A stretch of 64,000 nt of DNA from Thermoplasmata archaeon (GTDB lineage: Archaea; Thermoplasmatota; Thermoplasmata; Lutacidiplasmatales; UBA184), in the NCBI GenBank assembly GCA_022750435.1, contig JAKIVS010000001.1, forward strand, positions 221,703 through 285,702, given 5' to 3'. Below the pieces are notes generated by a model that made no database searches, was not told the DNA's origin, and worked only from the letters and a program-made list of their open reading frames with translations. A program made the translations under genes and the position numbers. This document shows, piece after piece, positions 1 through 8,870 of the stretch. Each line of letters starts with the position of its first letter. Within the stretch, counting starts at the first letter, position 1.

Positions 1-366
1 GAACACCCAGGTGTCGTTGTCGAGCACGGAGAAGTTGCCCCGGCCGCCGAACAGAACGCCTTCCGGCTTTCCGCTGAAATTGGCCCAGGTGAACGTCGCC
101 TCGGCCCGTGGGGAGGGGGGATGCGTCTCGTTGAGGGTCGACCAGTTGGCCGAGACCGGGGCGTGCCCGGCGGTCCGCTCCCCCAGCATCGGACCGACCT
201 TCGAGGGAAGGGTCGCCGCCGTGGGGAACGAGGTCGGGGCGGTCCATACGGCCGTCAGGAGGAGAAGGACGATCCAAAACCCGGTCCAACCACTCAGGCT
301 CGGTCCGCGCCCAGGGAGCGCGAACGTCGCCGAGCCCCGAGCGTGCCCCGGGGGGGCACCTCGCAT
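1..366 (-). CDS. Secreted N-glycosylated protein, N-terminal fragment (continues beyond window start); absent from the ORF track because it runs off the edge
   Basis: Hand translation of the minus strand from ATG at 366..364 gives MRGAPPGHARGSATFALPGRGPSLSGWTGFWIVLLLLTAVWTAPTSFPTAATLPSKVGPMLGERTAGHAPVSANWSTLNETHPPSPRAEATFTWANFSGKPEGVLFGGRGNFSVLDNDTWVF, open to position 1. It has a hydrophobic signal-like segment followed by NxS/T sequons (NWS, NET, NFS, NDT). Confidence 0.4.
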   Translation of the reverse strand, partial: MRGAPPGHARGSATFALPGRGPSLSGWTGFWIVLLLLTAVWTAPTSFPTAATLPSKVGPMLGERTAGHAPVSANWSTLNETHPPSPRAEATFTWANFSGKPEGVLFGGRGNFSVLDNDTWVF

Positions 367-550
367 GACCGGGCGAGGGGGCGCCTCGATATGGCGTACC
401 CCCGGCGATTCCCGTTCTCGGGAATCGCTCCCTGCGCAGGCCCCGCCGCCGGCCGCTGCCGGGTGGCCCGGTCGGTTCGGACGTTCGCCGGTCGGGTTCG
501 ACCCGCGCGACCCATGGCGCGGGCTGGGCGAATTCACCGCGGACACGAGC

Positions 551-1309
551 TTACGCGGCGGCGAACCGCTCCCGCGAAATGGGGCAGGGGGAGTCGACGA
601 GCCCGAGCCGGCGGGGGGTGGGGAGCGGCTCGGCGTCCTCCAGCCAGCGACGGAGCTGCTCGGTGACGGGCCCGAACTCCTCGAAGGGATAGTGGGGGAT
701 CCCCGACTTCTCGCAGTACCCCTTCAACCGACGGCGCGCGAAGACGATGTCCGCGACCTCGGCCGCGTACTTGTCGGTGCTCCCGTCGCCAGCGAACACG
801 GAGCGGCGGCCGTCGACCACGTGCTCGCGGACCGTCTGCGCCTTGCAGATGCCGCACAGCCGGCACGTCGCGTGGCCGTGGGGATGCGAGAGGAGGAGCC
901 CGTTCGGCGGGACGAGCTTCAGGACGTCCGAATAGACGGGGAGGTCGATGCCGGCGTGCTTCAGGATCGGGTGGATGTAGAAGTCGAGGCCGCCCGAGAC
1001 GATCGAGGTCGGGACGTGGTGGCGACGGAGGAGCGCGAGGAGGTCGCTCGCCCCCGCCCGGAACGGCGTGTTCCGGACCGACCAGTCGGCCATCTCGGTC
1101 ATCCGGTCGCCCGGCAGGAGGGCGACCTGCCGCTCCCACGCCTCGCGGAGGGTGATCTTTCCCGAGTGCAACTCCTCGTCAATCTCGTGGGCGACCCGCT
1201 TGCCGTCCCGGGCGAACTCCTCCACAAGGATGATCGCCACGTTCGGCTCGACGAGCGTGCCGTCGAAGTCGATCCACATGCGGAGGGCTTGGGAAGCGTC
1301 GGACGCCAT
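551..1309 (-). CDS. HAD-superfamily (subfamily IB-like) phosphatase
   Basis: Motif I WIDFDGTL and motif IV GDGSTD. C-terminal Cys cluster HATCRLCGICK. The real start may be the second Met (MWIDFDGTL, ~1279). Confidence 0.6.
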   Translation of the reverse strand: MASDASQALRMWIDFDGTLVEPNVAIILVEEFARDGKRVAHEIDEELHSGKITLREAWERQVALLPGDRMTEMADWSVRNTPFRAGASDLLALLRRHHVPTSIVSGGLDFYIHPILKHAGIDLPVYSDVLKLVPPNGLLLSHPHGHATCRLCGICKAQTVREHVVDGRRSVFAGDGSTDKYAAEVADIVFARRRLKGYCEKSGIPHYPFEEFGPVTEQLRRWLEDAEPLPTPRRLGLVDSPCPISRERFAAA

Positions 1310-1457
1310 CGGATGGCTCTCCGGCCGCGCCCCCCCTTCAAAACGATAGCGGAAGGTCGCACCCGAGCGGCGCTCGCGGGAATGCCGCGGGGAGCGCCGG
1401 GACGCGGGACCCGCTTCCCGGGCGCTCGACGAAGGACCGGCGGGACCTTTCCGTTGG

Positions 1458-3851
1458 TCAGACCACGACCACCGTACTGTTCGACCCTTCCCATGCGTCG
1501 CGCTGGGTCCAGTAGAACGTGAACTCGAACACGGTTCCGAGCGGAGCTGGTGTGGGGAGGTCGACGAACTCGACCCCGAGGCCGGTGGAGGAGGACGTAG
1601 TCTCCTCGACTCGACCCCACGCGTCGGAGGTCCACCGAAGTCGGAACGGCTCCGGGGCGACGAGGCGGAGGCGCTCGGTCGCCCGCACCGTCGGGGGGCG
1701 GCGGTTCGGCTTCCAGAACTCCCAGGCGACCCGGCCGGGGTCCTTCGGGAGGTAGCGCGCCTCGACCGTCGGGATCCGGTCGAACACCTCGCCGTCCTCG
1801 GCCGACCGCAGGAGCTTGAGGAATTCGGCGTGCGCCCAGGCGAGCGGCATCGCCGCGCCCGTCGGCTTCCCCGGCGTCAGGTGCTGGACCGGGACGCTCG
1901 TCGTGTCCCACACCTGTTCGGAGAGGAGACCGGTCGGCGAGGCGAATCGGGCCATCGCCTCCAGGAGCGGCCCGGCGGAACGGCCCGCGGCGAGCTCGTA
2001 GTGCGCGCGCTCGCCGGTGAGAAGCGGCCACGCCCGCCCCCGCCCCCACTCGTCGAACGGCCCGCCGTCGTCCCGTTGCCCGTACCCGTCGTGGTTGTAC
2101 CGGTGCCAGCACGGCCCCTCCGGAGTCTCCACCCGGAGGATGCGGTCGACCAGCTGCACGCTCGCCACAATCGTCGGGTCGTCCGCGCGACGCACGCCGT
2201 GCCGGACGAGCTCGAGGAATCCGGCGTCCACGACCTCCCGCGCGGGAAAGCCGGTGGGGGCCCCCGGGGCCTGGTTCGCGAGCAGCAGCACGCCCTCGTC
2301 GGGGTTCTCGTTCGGCGTCGTGTCGCCCATCGCGACGGGGTGGATCCGAACGTAGTGGCGCGGCACCCTCGGGTCGAGGGTCCCGTGCTCGGTCACGGTC
2401 CAGCGCTCGAGGTGGCCCTCCAGGAAATCCGCGTACGACAGGAGGAACTCCGACGTCGCCGGGTCGGCGCGCTCGGAGGCGAACTCGGCCGCCACCACGC
2501 AGGCCGCGATCGTCACCGCCAGCGTCGAGGGGGAATACCCCGACGCCTCCTCCCAGCGCTCCTGCTGCGTCGCCGGCCCGTTCTCGACGAGGAACCGGGC
2601 GGCCCTCTGGACCATCGGGTACGGGTCGAACTCGGCGAGGGCGTTCTCGCGCCGGAGCTTGTCGGCGAGAAGGATCGGGAACGCGACCTCGTCGAGCTGG
2701 AGGCCGCCCCAGTACGCCGTGCCGTCGACCCAGAAATTCTGGGGAAAGCTGCCGTCCGGAAGTTGGCTCGCCGCGATGTAGATGAGCGTCCGCAACGGTG
2801 TCGTCTGGTCGCCCGCCGCGAGCAGCCCGCCGGCGATCTGGACGAGGTCGCGGGTCCAGACGAGATGGTAGCCGCCCCGGTCCTTGTCGCCCTTCGCGTA
2901 GCCCCAGGGGATGGAGAGCGAGGCCACGAACGCGCCGGGGAACGTCTTGTCCTCGTGGGCGAGGAGCAGGCAGTAGCTCCCCTGCTGGAGGTCATGCAGG
3001 CGCGCCGACCGGTGCGCGAACGGTCGGAGGTGCGCGGCGGCCCGTCCCCACTGCTGCCCGAACCGGACGCGGTGCGTCTCGTACGGCGTGCTGAGCGACT
3101 GGAGCAGGGCGGCCACGGCGTGCTGGCGGCCCCGGCCGAAGGCGAGTCCCAGGGTGAATTCCGTCCGGTCGCCGAGGTCGAGTGCCGCCGTGAGGGCCAC
3201 GTTCCCATCGGTCGCCCGGTCGAACTCCCAGGTCATGCCAAGATGCGAGGAGATGTCGGTCCAGCCGTCGCTCGCCCCGACGAATCCGCACGAGAGCTGC
3301 GAAAACGGCACGTTCGCGCCCAGGGCGAGCCAGGTTCCGTTCTTCTCGGCGAGAAGGATCTCCCGTCCCGCCAGGCGACCGACGTAGGCGTTGTTCCCCC
3401 ACCCGGTCCCGTCCAAGTGGGGCGCGGCCAGAACGTAGAGGGCGAGCGGGTTGGGGAATTTCGACTTCGTTTCGAGGCGGAGGTGCTGGAGGAGGACCGG
3501 GAGATGGGGGTCGGCGATGACCTCCTTGTGGATCGTGTAGCGACCGTCGGGGTCGGAGTTCGTGATCCGGTACCCCAGACCCGGTCCGGCGGTGCGCTCC
3601 GTCCGCGTGTGGAGCTGGCGCTTCTCGTCGTGGAAAAACGTCGTTCCGTCGGAGACCAAGAACTGGAGGTCGCGCAGCTGCGGACGGTCGACGAGCGGGT
3701 AGTAGACCTCGGTGACGACCCCGCGCCAGACGGTGAACCAGAGCTTGCAGTCCGCCGAGAAGGCAGTGCCGACGCCGTCCTTGTTGCCGTGCGTCCACTT
3801 CGGGTCGATGCCGGGACCCCCGAACGCCTCCCGGTCCCCGCGAAACTCCAT
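1458..3851 (-). CDS. GH15 family glycoside hydrolase (glucoamylase/glucodextranase-like) with N-terminal beta-sandwich and C-terminal extra domain
   Basis: 797 aa. N-terminal domain typical of bacterial/archaeal GH15. (alpha/alpha)6 catalytic region with WEEASGYSPSTLA motif. Confidence 0.75.
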   Translation of the reverse strand: MEFRGDREAFGGPGIDPKWTHGNKDGVGTAFSADCKLWFTVWRGVVTEVYYPLVDRPQLRDLQFLVSDGTTFFHDEKRQLHTRTERTAGPGLGYRITNSDPDGRYTIHKEVIADPHLPVLLQHLRLETKSKFPNPLALYVLAAPHLDGTGWGNNAYVGRLAGREILLAEKNGTWLALGANVPFSQLSCGFVGASDGWTDISSHLGMTWEFDRATDGNVALTAALDLGDRTEFTLGLAFGRGRQHAVAALLQSLSTPYETHRVRFGQQWGRAAAHLRPFAHRSARLHDLQQGSYCLLLAHEDKTFPGAFVASLSIPWGYAKGDKDRGGYHLVWTRDLVQIAGGLLAAGDQTTPLRTLIYIAASQLPDGSFPQNFWVDGTAYWGGLQLDEVAFPILLADKLRRENALAEFDPYPMVQRAARFLVENGPATQQERWEEASGYSPSTLAVTIAACVVAAEFASERADPATSEFLLSYADFLEGHLERWTVTEHGTLDPRVPRHYVRIHPVAMGDTTPNENPDEGVLLLANQAPGAPTGFPAREVVDAGFLELVRHGVRRADDPTIVASVQLVDRILRVETPEGPCWHRYNHDGYGQRDDGGPFDEWGRGRAWPLLTGERAHYELAAGRSAGPLLEAMARFASPTGLLSEQVWDTTSVPVQHLTPGKPTGAAMPLAWAHAEFLKLLRSAEDGEVFDRIPTVEARYLPKDPGRVAWEFWKPNRRPPTVRATERLRLVAPEPFRLRWTSDAWGRVEETTSSSTGLGVEFVDLPTPAPLGTVFEFTFYWTQRDAWEGSNSTVVVV

Positions 3852-3921
3852 CGGTCTGCGCCCTCGCCTCGGGGAGCGAGGCGGCGGCCGAACGGCGCCG
3901 CGTACCTAAGCTTGGGGGACC

Positions 3922-5787
3922 TTACTCTTCGCTCGCGTCGGCCTGCTCGGTCGACAGACGGTACTTGTTCACCACGTCGACGAACGTGGAGTGGGACCAG
4001 GTGAGTGGGGTGGCGGACTTCGGCGCCCCGGTCGCCCCGTCGAGTTGCTCGGAAAGGAGGCGGGTCGGCGTGGCGTGGCTCGCGACCCACTCGATCAGTT
4101 CTCGGCACCGCTCCCGGTCGCCGAGCCGCAGCTTCGCCTCGGCGAGCCAGAGCGTGCAGATCACCCACGGATTCTCATGCCCGCAGTACTCGTCGTTCTC
4201 GAAGCGGGCGAGGCCGCCGACCGTCCGATTCCACAGCCGGCTCTCGACTGTATCGACCGTACGACGCGCGAGCGGGTCGTCCCAAGTCACGAGACCCAAC
4301 TTGAGCGCGAGGAGTACCGAGGAATCGATCACCGCGTCCCGCGGCCCGAGCGACCGGAGAAACCGTCCCTCCGTCGCGTCCCAGAGGTGCTTGCGGGCGG
4401 CCCCGCGCATCTCCTCGGCGGCGGTCTTCCACCCGGTCGCATCCTTGCCGAGCTCCTTCGCGATCCGGCTCGCGCGCTCGAGCGCATGCACGACCGTCGC
4501 GGCCGAGTAGGTGTGGATGCCCTTCCGCTCCTCCCAGAGGTCGTAGCTCGCGGCGGGGAGCCCGGTCTCCGGGTCGCGGAATGTCGCGAGGAACGTCGCG
4601 GCCCCCTTCACGAGCGGCCAGAGGCCGAGGAGCGCGTCCGAATCCGCTCCCCGCTTGAAATGGTGCCAGACGGCGGCGATCACCGTCGCCGTCTGGTCGA
4701 CCTGCAGGAACGGCGGCGGGTGCCAGGTGCTCCCGACGGCGCCATCGGGGAAGTGCCGGTGGAGGAACGAGCCGTCCGGGCTCTGGCAGGCGGAGGCGAA
4801 CTCGAGGAATCGTTGGGCGTACTCGTACAGTCCCGCCTCGTCCATCGCCTTCGAGACGTAGCCGCCGTCGCGCCACCAGCAGTAGTTGTAGGTGTCTCCG
4901 CCGAGGGCGAGCGCGGCGGTGTCGGGGGAGGCAATGATCGAACCGTTCGGCGCGGCGGAGTGGCGCATCATGACGACGCTCGTCTGGTAGACGCTCGCGG
5001 CCTCGACGCTCAGGTCGGCCGGGAACTTCGGCATCCGTCGACGGACCCACGCTTTCCAGAACGCGCGGGCCTCCTCCTCGAACCGGCTTGCGCCGCCGGC
5101 CCGCACGTATTCCCGCATCGCGTGCGTCTCCTCGTTGCTCGCGCCGATGGCGAGGAACAGGGCCACCACCTGGTCGTGGTCCGGCACGGCCTCGAGGTCC
5201 CACTGGAGCGCGCTGTCCGCCGCCCCGTGGGCGATCGTGCGCCCTTCGAGCAGTCCGTCCTCGGCGTCGACGTAGGTTCCCTTGAGCCCCTTCAGGGTGT
5301 GTTCGCCGCACACCGCCCGCGTGTACGTCGGCTCGCTGAAGAACTCGAAGTAGTACCGTCGCTTGTAGTGGACCAGCGAGCGCGCCTCGGAGTCGACGTA
5401 CGCCGTCTCCTGGTAGAGGGATTCGGCGATCTGCAGGGAGTGGTAGCTGAACAGCCGCACCGACCGCGCCGGGTCGGCCCGGACGCGAACAAGGCGCAGC
5501 ACCAGGTCGTGATTCGGATGGACGAGGTCCTCCACACGGATCGAGAGGCCGTGGCCGGTCCACCGGGACTCGGGGAAGTTCGCCGGACCGCTCGGTTCTT
5601 GCCGGACCGAGAACCCGTTCCCGGTCCGCAGCCACGCAAACCGCCGGTCGGGGACATCGTAGACGCCGAGCCGGAGCTCGCGCAGGTGCTGGAACTGGCC
5701 GGGGTACGGGTAGAACAGCTGGTTCCACTCGCCGTCGCCGTTGACGGTGAGCAGGATGCGCCCGTTGCCGGCGAGCTGGGTGATCAT
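3922..5787 (-). CDS. GH15 family glycoside hydrolase (Thermoplasma-type glucoamylase/trehalase-like)
   Basis: 621 aa. Motifs WWRDGGY, LWEERKGIHTYSAATV and WLAEAKLRLG are characteristic of GH15 catalytic domains. Confidence 0.75.
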   Translation of the reverse strand: MITQLAGNGRILLTVNGDGEWNQLFYPYPGQFQHLRELRLGVYDVPDRRFAWLRTGNGFSVRQEPSGPANFPESRWTGHGLSIRVEDLVHPNHDLVLRLVRVRADPARSVRLFSYHSLQIAESLYQETAYVDSEARSLVHYKRRYYFEFFSEPTYTRAVCGEHTLKGLKGTYVDAEDGLLEGRTIAHGAADSALQWDLEAVPDHDQVVALFLAIGASNEETHAMREYVRAGGASRFEEEARAFWKAWVRRRMPKFPADLSVEAASVYQTSVVMMRHSAAPNGSIIASPDTAALALGGDTYNYCWWRDGGYVSKAMDEAGLYEYAQRFLEFASACQSPDGSFLHRHFPDGAVGSTWHPPPFLQVDQTATVIAAVWHHFKRGADSDALLGLWPLVKGAATFLATFRDPETGLPAASYDLWEERKGIHTYSAATVVHALERASRIAKELGKDATGWKTAAEEMRGAARKHLWDATEGRFLRSLGPRDAVIDSSVLLALKLGLVTWDDPLARRTVDTVESRLWNRTVGGLARFENDEYCGHENPWVICTLWLAEAKLRLGDRERCRELIEWVASHATPTRLLSEQLDGATGAPKSATPLTWSHSTFVDVVNKYRLSTEQADASEE

Positions 5788-5913
5788 GGAGCGCTCCCGT
5801 GGTCACCGGCGGGAGGGACCGATTCCGGACGCGGCCGAACTCGTCGCACCGCCCTCCCCCTCGGGAGCGCGGTATTTCCGCCCTCCGTTCGAGTCGCGAA
5901 CGGCCGAGGCGCC

Positions 5914-7125
5914 CTATCGGGGGGCAGAACGACCGCCCGATTCGCCCGTCGGGAGACAGGCGACCGTCCTCTGGCGGAGGTCGGTCAGGGCGTTCATGTA
6001 GTTCGCATAGGCGTCGTACGGAGTACCGTAGGAACTGAAGTACCGATGGACGTCGGCGTCGGCGCCGTGGCCGCTGACGTACATGTAGTAGAAGTGGTCG
6101 GAGGTGAGCATCCAGCGCCATTCCTCGAGGAGCGTCGGGTCCCCCGCGGCCCGGACCAGCGTCCCTAGCTTCTTGGCCGCCTCAAAGGCGGACCTCTGCA
6201 GGTCGTTGCCCAGCCACGCCCCGAGGTCGCGCTTCGCGTCCGCCCAGCTGACGGTCACGGGCGAGGAGACCGCGCCGACCGGCTCGAGTTCCAGCGCGTC
6301 GTCGACGGTCGCCCAGGAGAGCCGCCGGTCGACGGACGCCGCCCGGGGAAGCGCGGAGAGGAAGTCGAGGATGCCGGTATCGGCGTGGTGGTGCTCCCCG
6401 AACGTCTCGAAATCGAGGAACAGCCCGATCATCTCGCCGGGGCTGTCGCCGAGCCATCGGACGTATTTCTCGGCGAGCAGCGGATACTCGCTCCACTCCT
6501 TCGACGAGAACCGGAAACCGATGTCGTCGCTCAGTCGGTAGTTGCGGAGGAGCATCCGCACTGTCGGCGCGCTGGCCGCACAATACATGTGGTTGGCCGA
6601 GCGCCCCTCGAGCATCCCTTCCCACCCCTCCGCCAGCATGGCCGCGTACTTTCGGGACTCCGCGAACCGGGCGAGGTCGTCCGAGAAGGCGAGCTCCGTC
6701 ATCCTCAGAACCTTCGCGTGTCCGCCGAACTGGTCGGCCAGCATGCGCGCATGGCGGTCGACCTCCTCGGCGAGTTCCGGCGGAGGGAGAAGGAACGCCA
6801 GCGAGTGGTAGTACGTCTCCCCGACGAGGGCGACATGGCCCGAGCGGACGAGCCGTTGCAGCCGTTCGAGGACGTCCGGCGCCGCCGCAGCGGCCTGCTC
6901 CACGAACGACCCCGTGATGGAGAGGCTGAATCGGAACTCGGGGAACGCCTCCGTCGCCGCCGTCAGGCGGTCGAGCGCCGGCCGGTACGCGCGCTCGGCG
7001 ATCCCGCGGAAGATCGCGAGGTTTCGTTCGCGGTCGATGTACGGGCGGCCGGAGCCGAGGTCCATGTAGCGGAACCGGGCGAGCCGCCACGGTTGGTGCA
7101 GGTGGAGGTAGAGGACGACCTTCAC
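5914..7125 (-). CDS. GH57 family alpha-glucan-active enzyme (alpha-amylase/4-alpha-glucanotransferase-like)
   Basis: Motifs LHLHQPWR and DFETFGEHH are GH57 signatures. Lies inside the 869-aa fused track ORF. Start GTG at 7125 overlaps the upstream TGA (GTGA coupling). Confidence 0.7.
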   Translation of the reverse strand: MKVVLYLHLHQPWRLARFRYMDLGSGRPYIDRERNLAIFRGIAERAYRPALDRLTAATEAFPEFRFSLSITGSFVEQAAAAAPDVLERLQRLVRSGHVALVGETYYHSLAFLLPPPELAEEVDRHARMLADQFGGHAKVLRMTELAFSDDLARFAESRKYAAMLAEGWEGMLEGRSANHMYCAASAPTVRMLLRNYRLSDDIGFRFSSKEWSEYPLLAEKYVRWLGDSPGEMIGLFLDFETFGEHHHADTGILDFLSALPRAASVDRRLSWATVDDALELEPVGAVSSPVTVSWADAKRDLGAWLGNDLQRSAFEAAKKLGTLVRAAGDPTLLEEWRWMLTSDHFYYMYVSGHGADADVHRYFSSYGTPYDAYANYMNALTDLRQRTVACLPTGESGGRSAPR

Positions 7126-8279
7126 GTTCGGCTCCGCTGCTTCGCGAGCAACTCGGCGTAGACCCCGACGGTCTGCACCACGCGCTCGGCCCACCCATCG
7201 CGGAGCGCATCGGCGCGGCCGCCCTCGCCCATCGTCCCCCGCAGTACCGGATAGACAAGAAGCTCTGCGATGCGGCTCGCGAACTCTTCCACGTCCCAGA
7301 AATCGATCGCGAAGACGTTCGAGGCGATCTCCGCCACTCCACTCGTTCGGGACAGGATCACGGGGACGCCGGCCGCCATCGCTTCCAGCGCGGCGATGCC
7401 GAACGGCTCCACGACCGACGGCAGGACGAACACGGAGGCGGAGGCGAGCAGGGAGAGCCGCTCCTCTTCCGTCACGTGACCCAGGAACAGGACCTGGTCC
7501 CCAACTCCCAGGTGGACGGCGAGGTCGATCAACCGGGGATACTCGGGACCCTCGCCCGCCACCACGAACAGGGCGTCGGGGAACGCCGGGGCGACTCTCG
7601 CCGCGGCGCGCAGGAACGTGTCGACGTTCTTGGTCGCCGTCAGGCGGCCGAGGCACAGCACGGTCCGATTCGCGGAGGCGACCGGTTCGAGCCGCGCCGT
7701 CGGGCGCACGGCGTTGTACACGACCCGCAGCCGCTCCGGCCGTGCGCCGTATCGTTCGATCAGCTGACGGGCGAGATGCTGGCTGACGGCGATGGTCATG
7801 TCGGCCTGCCGGATCCCGTACTCCTCGCGAGAGCGGAGCGACTCCGCCGGGTGACCCAGCGAGCGGTCGTACTCCGTCGAGTGGATCGTGAGGACCATCG
7901 GACAACCCAGCCGGCGGGCGAGCGCCGCGCCGCCGATGGTGCCGAACCAGTCGTGGACGTGCACGACGCTCGCATCGGCGAGTCCCTCTCGGGAAGCGAC
8001 CCAGGCATCGTATCCTTCGATCGCCTCGGCGGTCGAGCCCCGGGCGAGCTCCCCCGCGGCGTAGGCGAGAGGGTACTCGGGAACGCGCCCGCCCGCGGCC
8101 GGTTCGCCGGGGTGGCGGAACGTGACGCCCGCCACCGGGGTGAACGGGCCGGGGAACGGTGTGAGAAACGTCACACGATGACCCATGCGGGTCAGCTCGC
8201 GGCAGAGCTCGAGGCAGTGCACGCCGAGGCCGCCGGTGTGATGGGGGGGGAATTCCCACCCCACCATGACCACGTGCAT
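7122..8279 (-). CDS. GT4 family glycosyltransferase (alpha-glucan/trehalose-related)
   Basis: MHVVMVGWEFPPHHTGGLGVHCLELCRELTRMGHRVTFLTP is a typical GT4 N-terminus, followed by a C-terminal Rossmann half. The ORF stays open to 8633 through a Pro/Arg-rich, low-complexity stretch that is probably not translated. Confidence 0.65.
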   Translation of the reverse strand: MHVVMVGWEFPPHHTGGLGVHCLELCRELTRMGHRVTFLTPFPGPFTPVAGVTFRHPGEPAAGGRVPEYPLAYAAGELARGSTAEAIEGYDAWVASREGLADASVVHVHDWFGTIGGAALARRLGCPMVLTIHSTEYDRSLGHPAESLRSREEYGIRQADMTIAVSQHLARQLIERYGARPERLRVVYNAVRPTARLEPVASANRTVLCLGRLTATKNVDTFLRAAARVAPAFPDALFVVAGEGPEYPRLIDLAVHLGVGDQVLFLGHVTEEERLSLLASASVFVLPSVVEPFGIAALEAMAAGVPVILSRTSGVAEIASNVFAIDFWDVEEFASRIAELLVYPVLRGTMGEGGRADALRDGWAERVVQTVGVYAELLAKQRSRT

Positions 8280-8870
8280 CCGCCGGGCCAGCGCCGGGTC
8301 CGGGGTTGGGGCGGTGCGCTGGGGCGGGCGGCTCCAGGTCAGGTCCTTCGAGAGAGATTCCCACTCCTCGGGGCTCCGGGTCGCGGGCGACGGTGCCCGG
8401 TCGGGTCGGGCTCCGTCGACGGGCCCGGGGGCGACGGGCGGGGGCGCGGGCGTCTTCGCGGGTCCCTTCCTCACGGGATCCAGCTCTTTTCGCGGCGCGC
8501 TCATGGGTGCGAACTCCGGCCACCGACGGCCGGGCGATCCCCCAGAGAAATCGGCCCGGCGCCCACCGGAAAATTGTCCCCTACCTCCAGGGTCGGCATC
8601 GTCGGTGGGCTTCCGAGACCGCCCGGGGGTCAAGTGGTTTCGCCGTCGGCACCGGGGACGTCGGAACGGCTTCGGGACCCGCGGAAAGACGTCGGGCGGA
8701 CGTCAGCGATTGGCCGGGACGCCGAGGACTTGGAGTCCGACCCGGCTCCCGGACACGCCGAACCCTCGCGGTGTCGCTCCGCCGGCGAAGCGGGGACGTT
8801 CGGACGCTCCTCCGCGCCGCCAAGCCTAAGCGTCCGGACGCCTCCGAAGCGGCATCAACACCGCCCCGCC

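Noticed and set aside
11-1522. 503-aa plus-strand ORF
   Set aside because: Arg/Gly/Pro-rich, low-complexity antisense shadow of the HAD gene and the upstream secreted-protein gene. No motifs.
1830-6168. Long ORFs 1830..4004(+), 3991..6168(+) and 4175..6121(-), 650-725 aa each
   Set aside because: Out-of-frame or antisense shadows of the two GH15 genes, with RG-rich junk composition. The GH15 frames carry the catalytic motifs.
5914-8523. 869-aa minus ORF
   Set aside because: Only its C-terminal 403 codons (GH57, GTG start 7125) are real. The N-terminal part is an alternate frame over the GT4 gene.
8280-8633. N-terminal 118-codon extension of the GT4 ORF
   Set aside because: Pro/Ala/Arg-rich low-complexity stretch. 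The conserved GT4 N-terminus begins at MHVVMVGWEFPP. Kept as a possible but unlikely extension.
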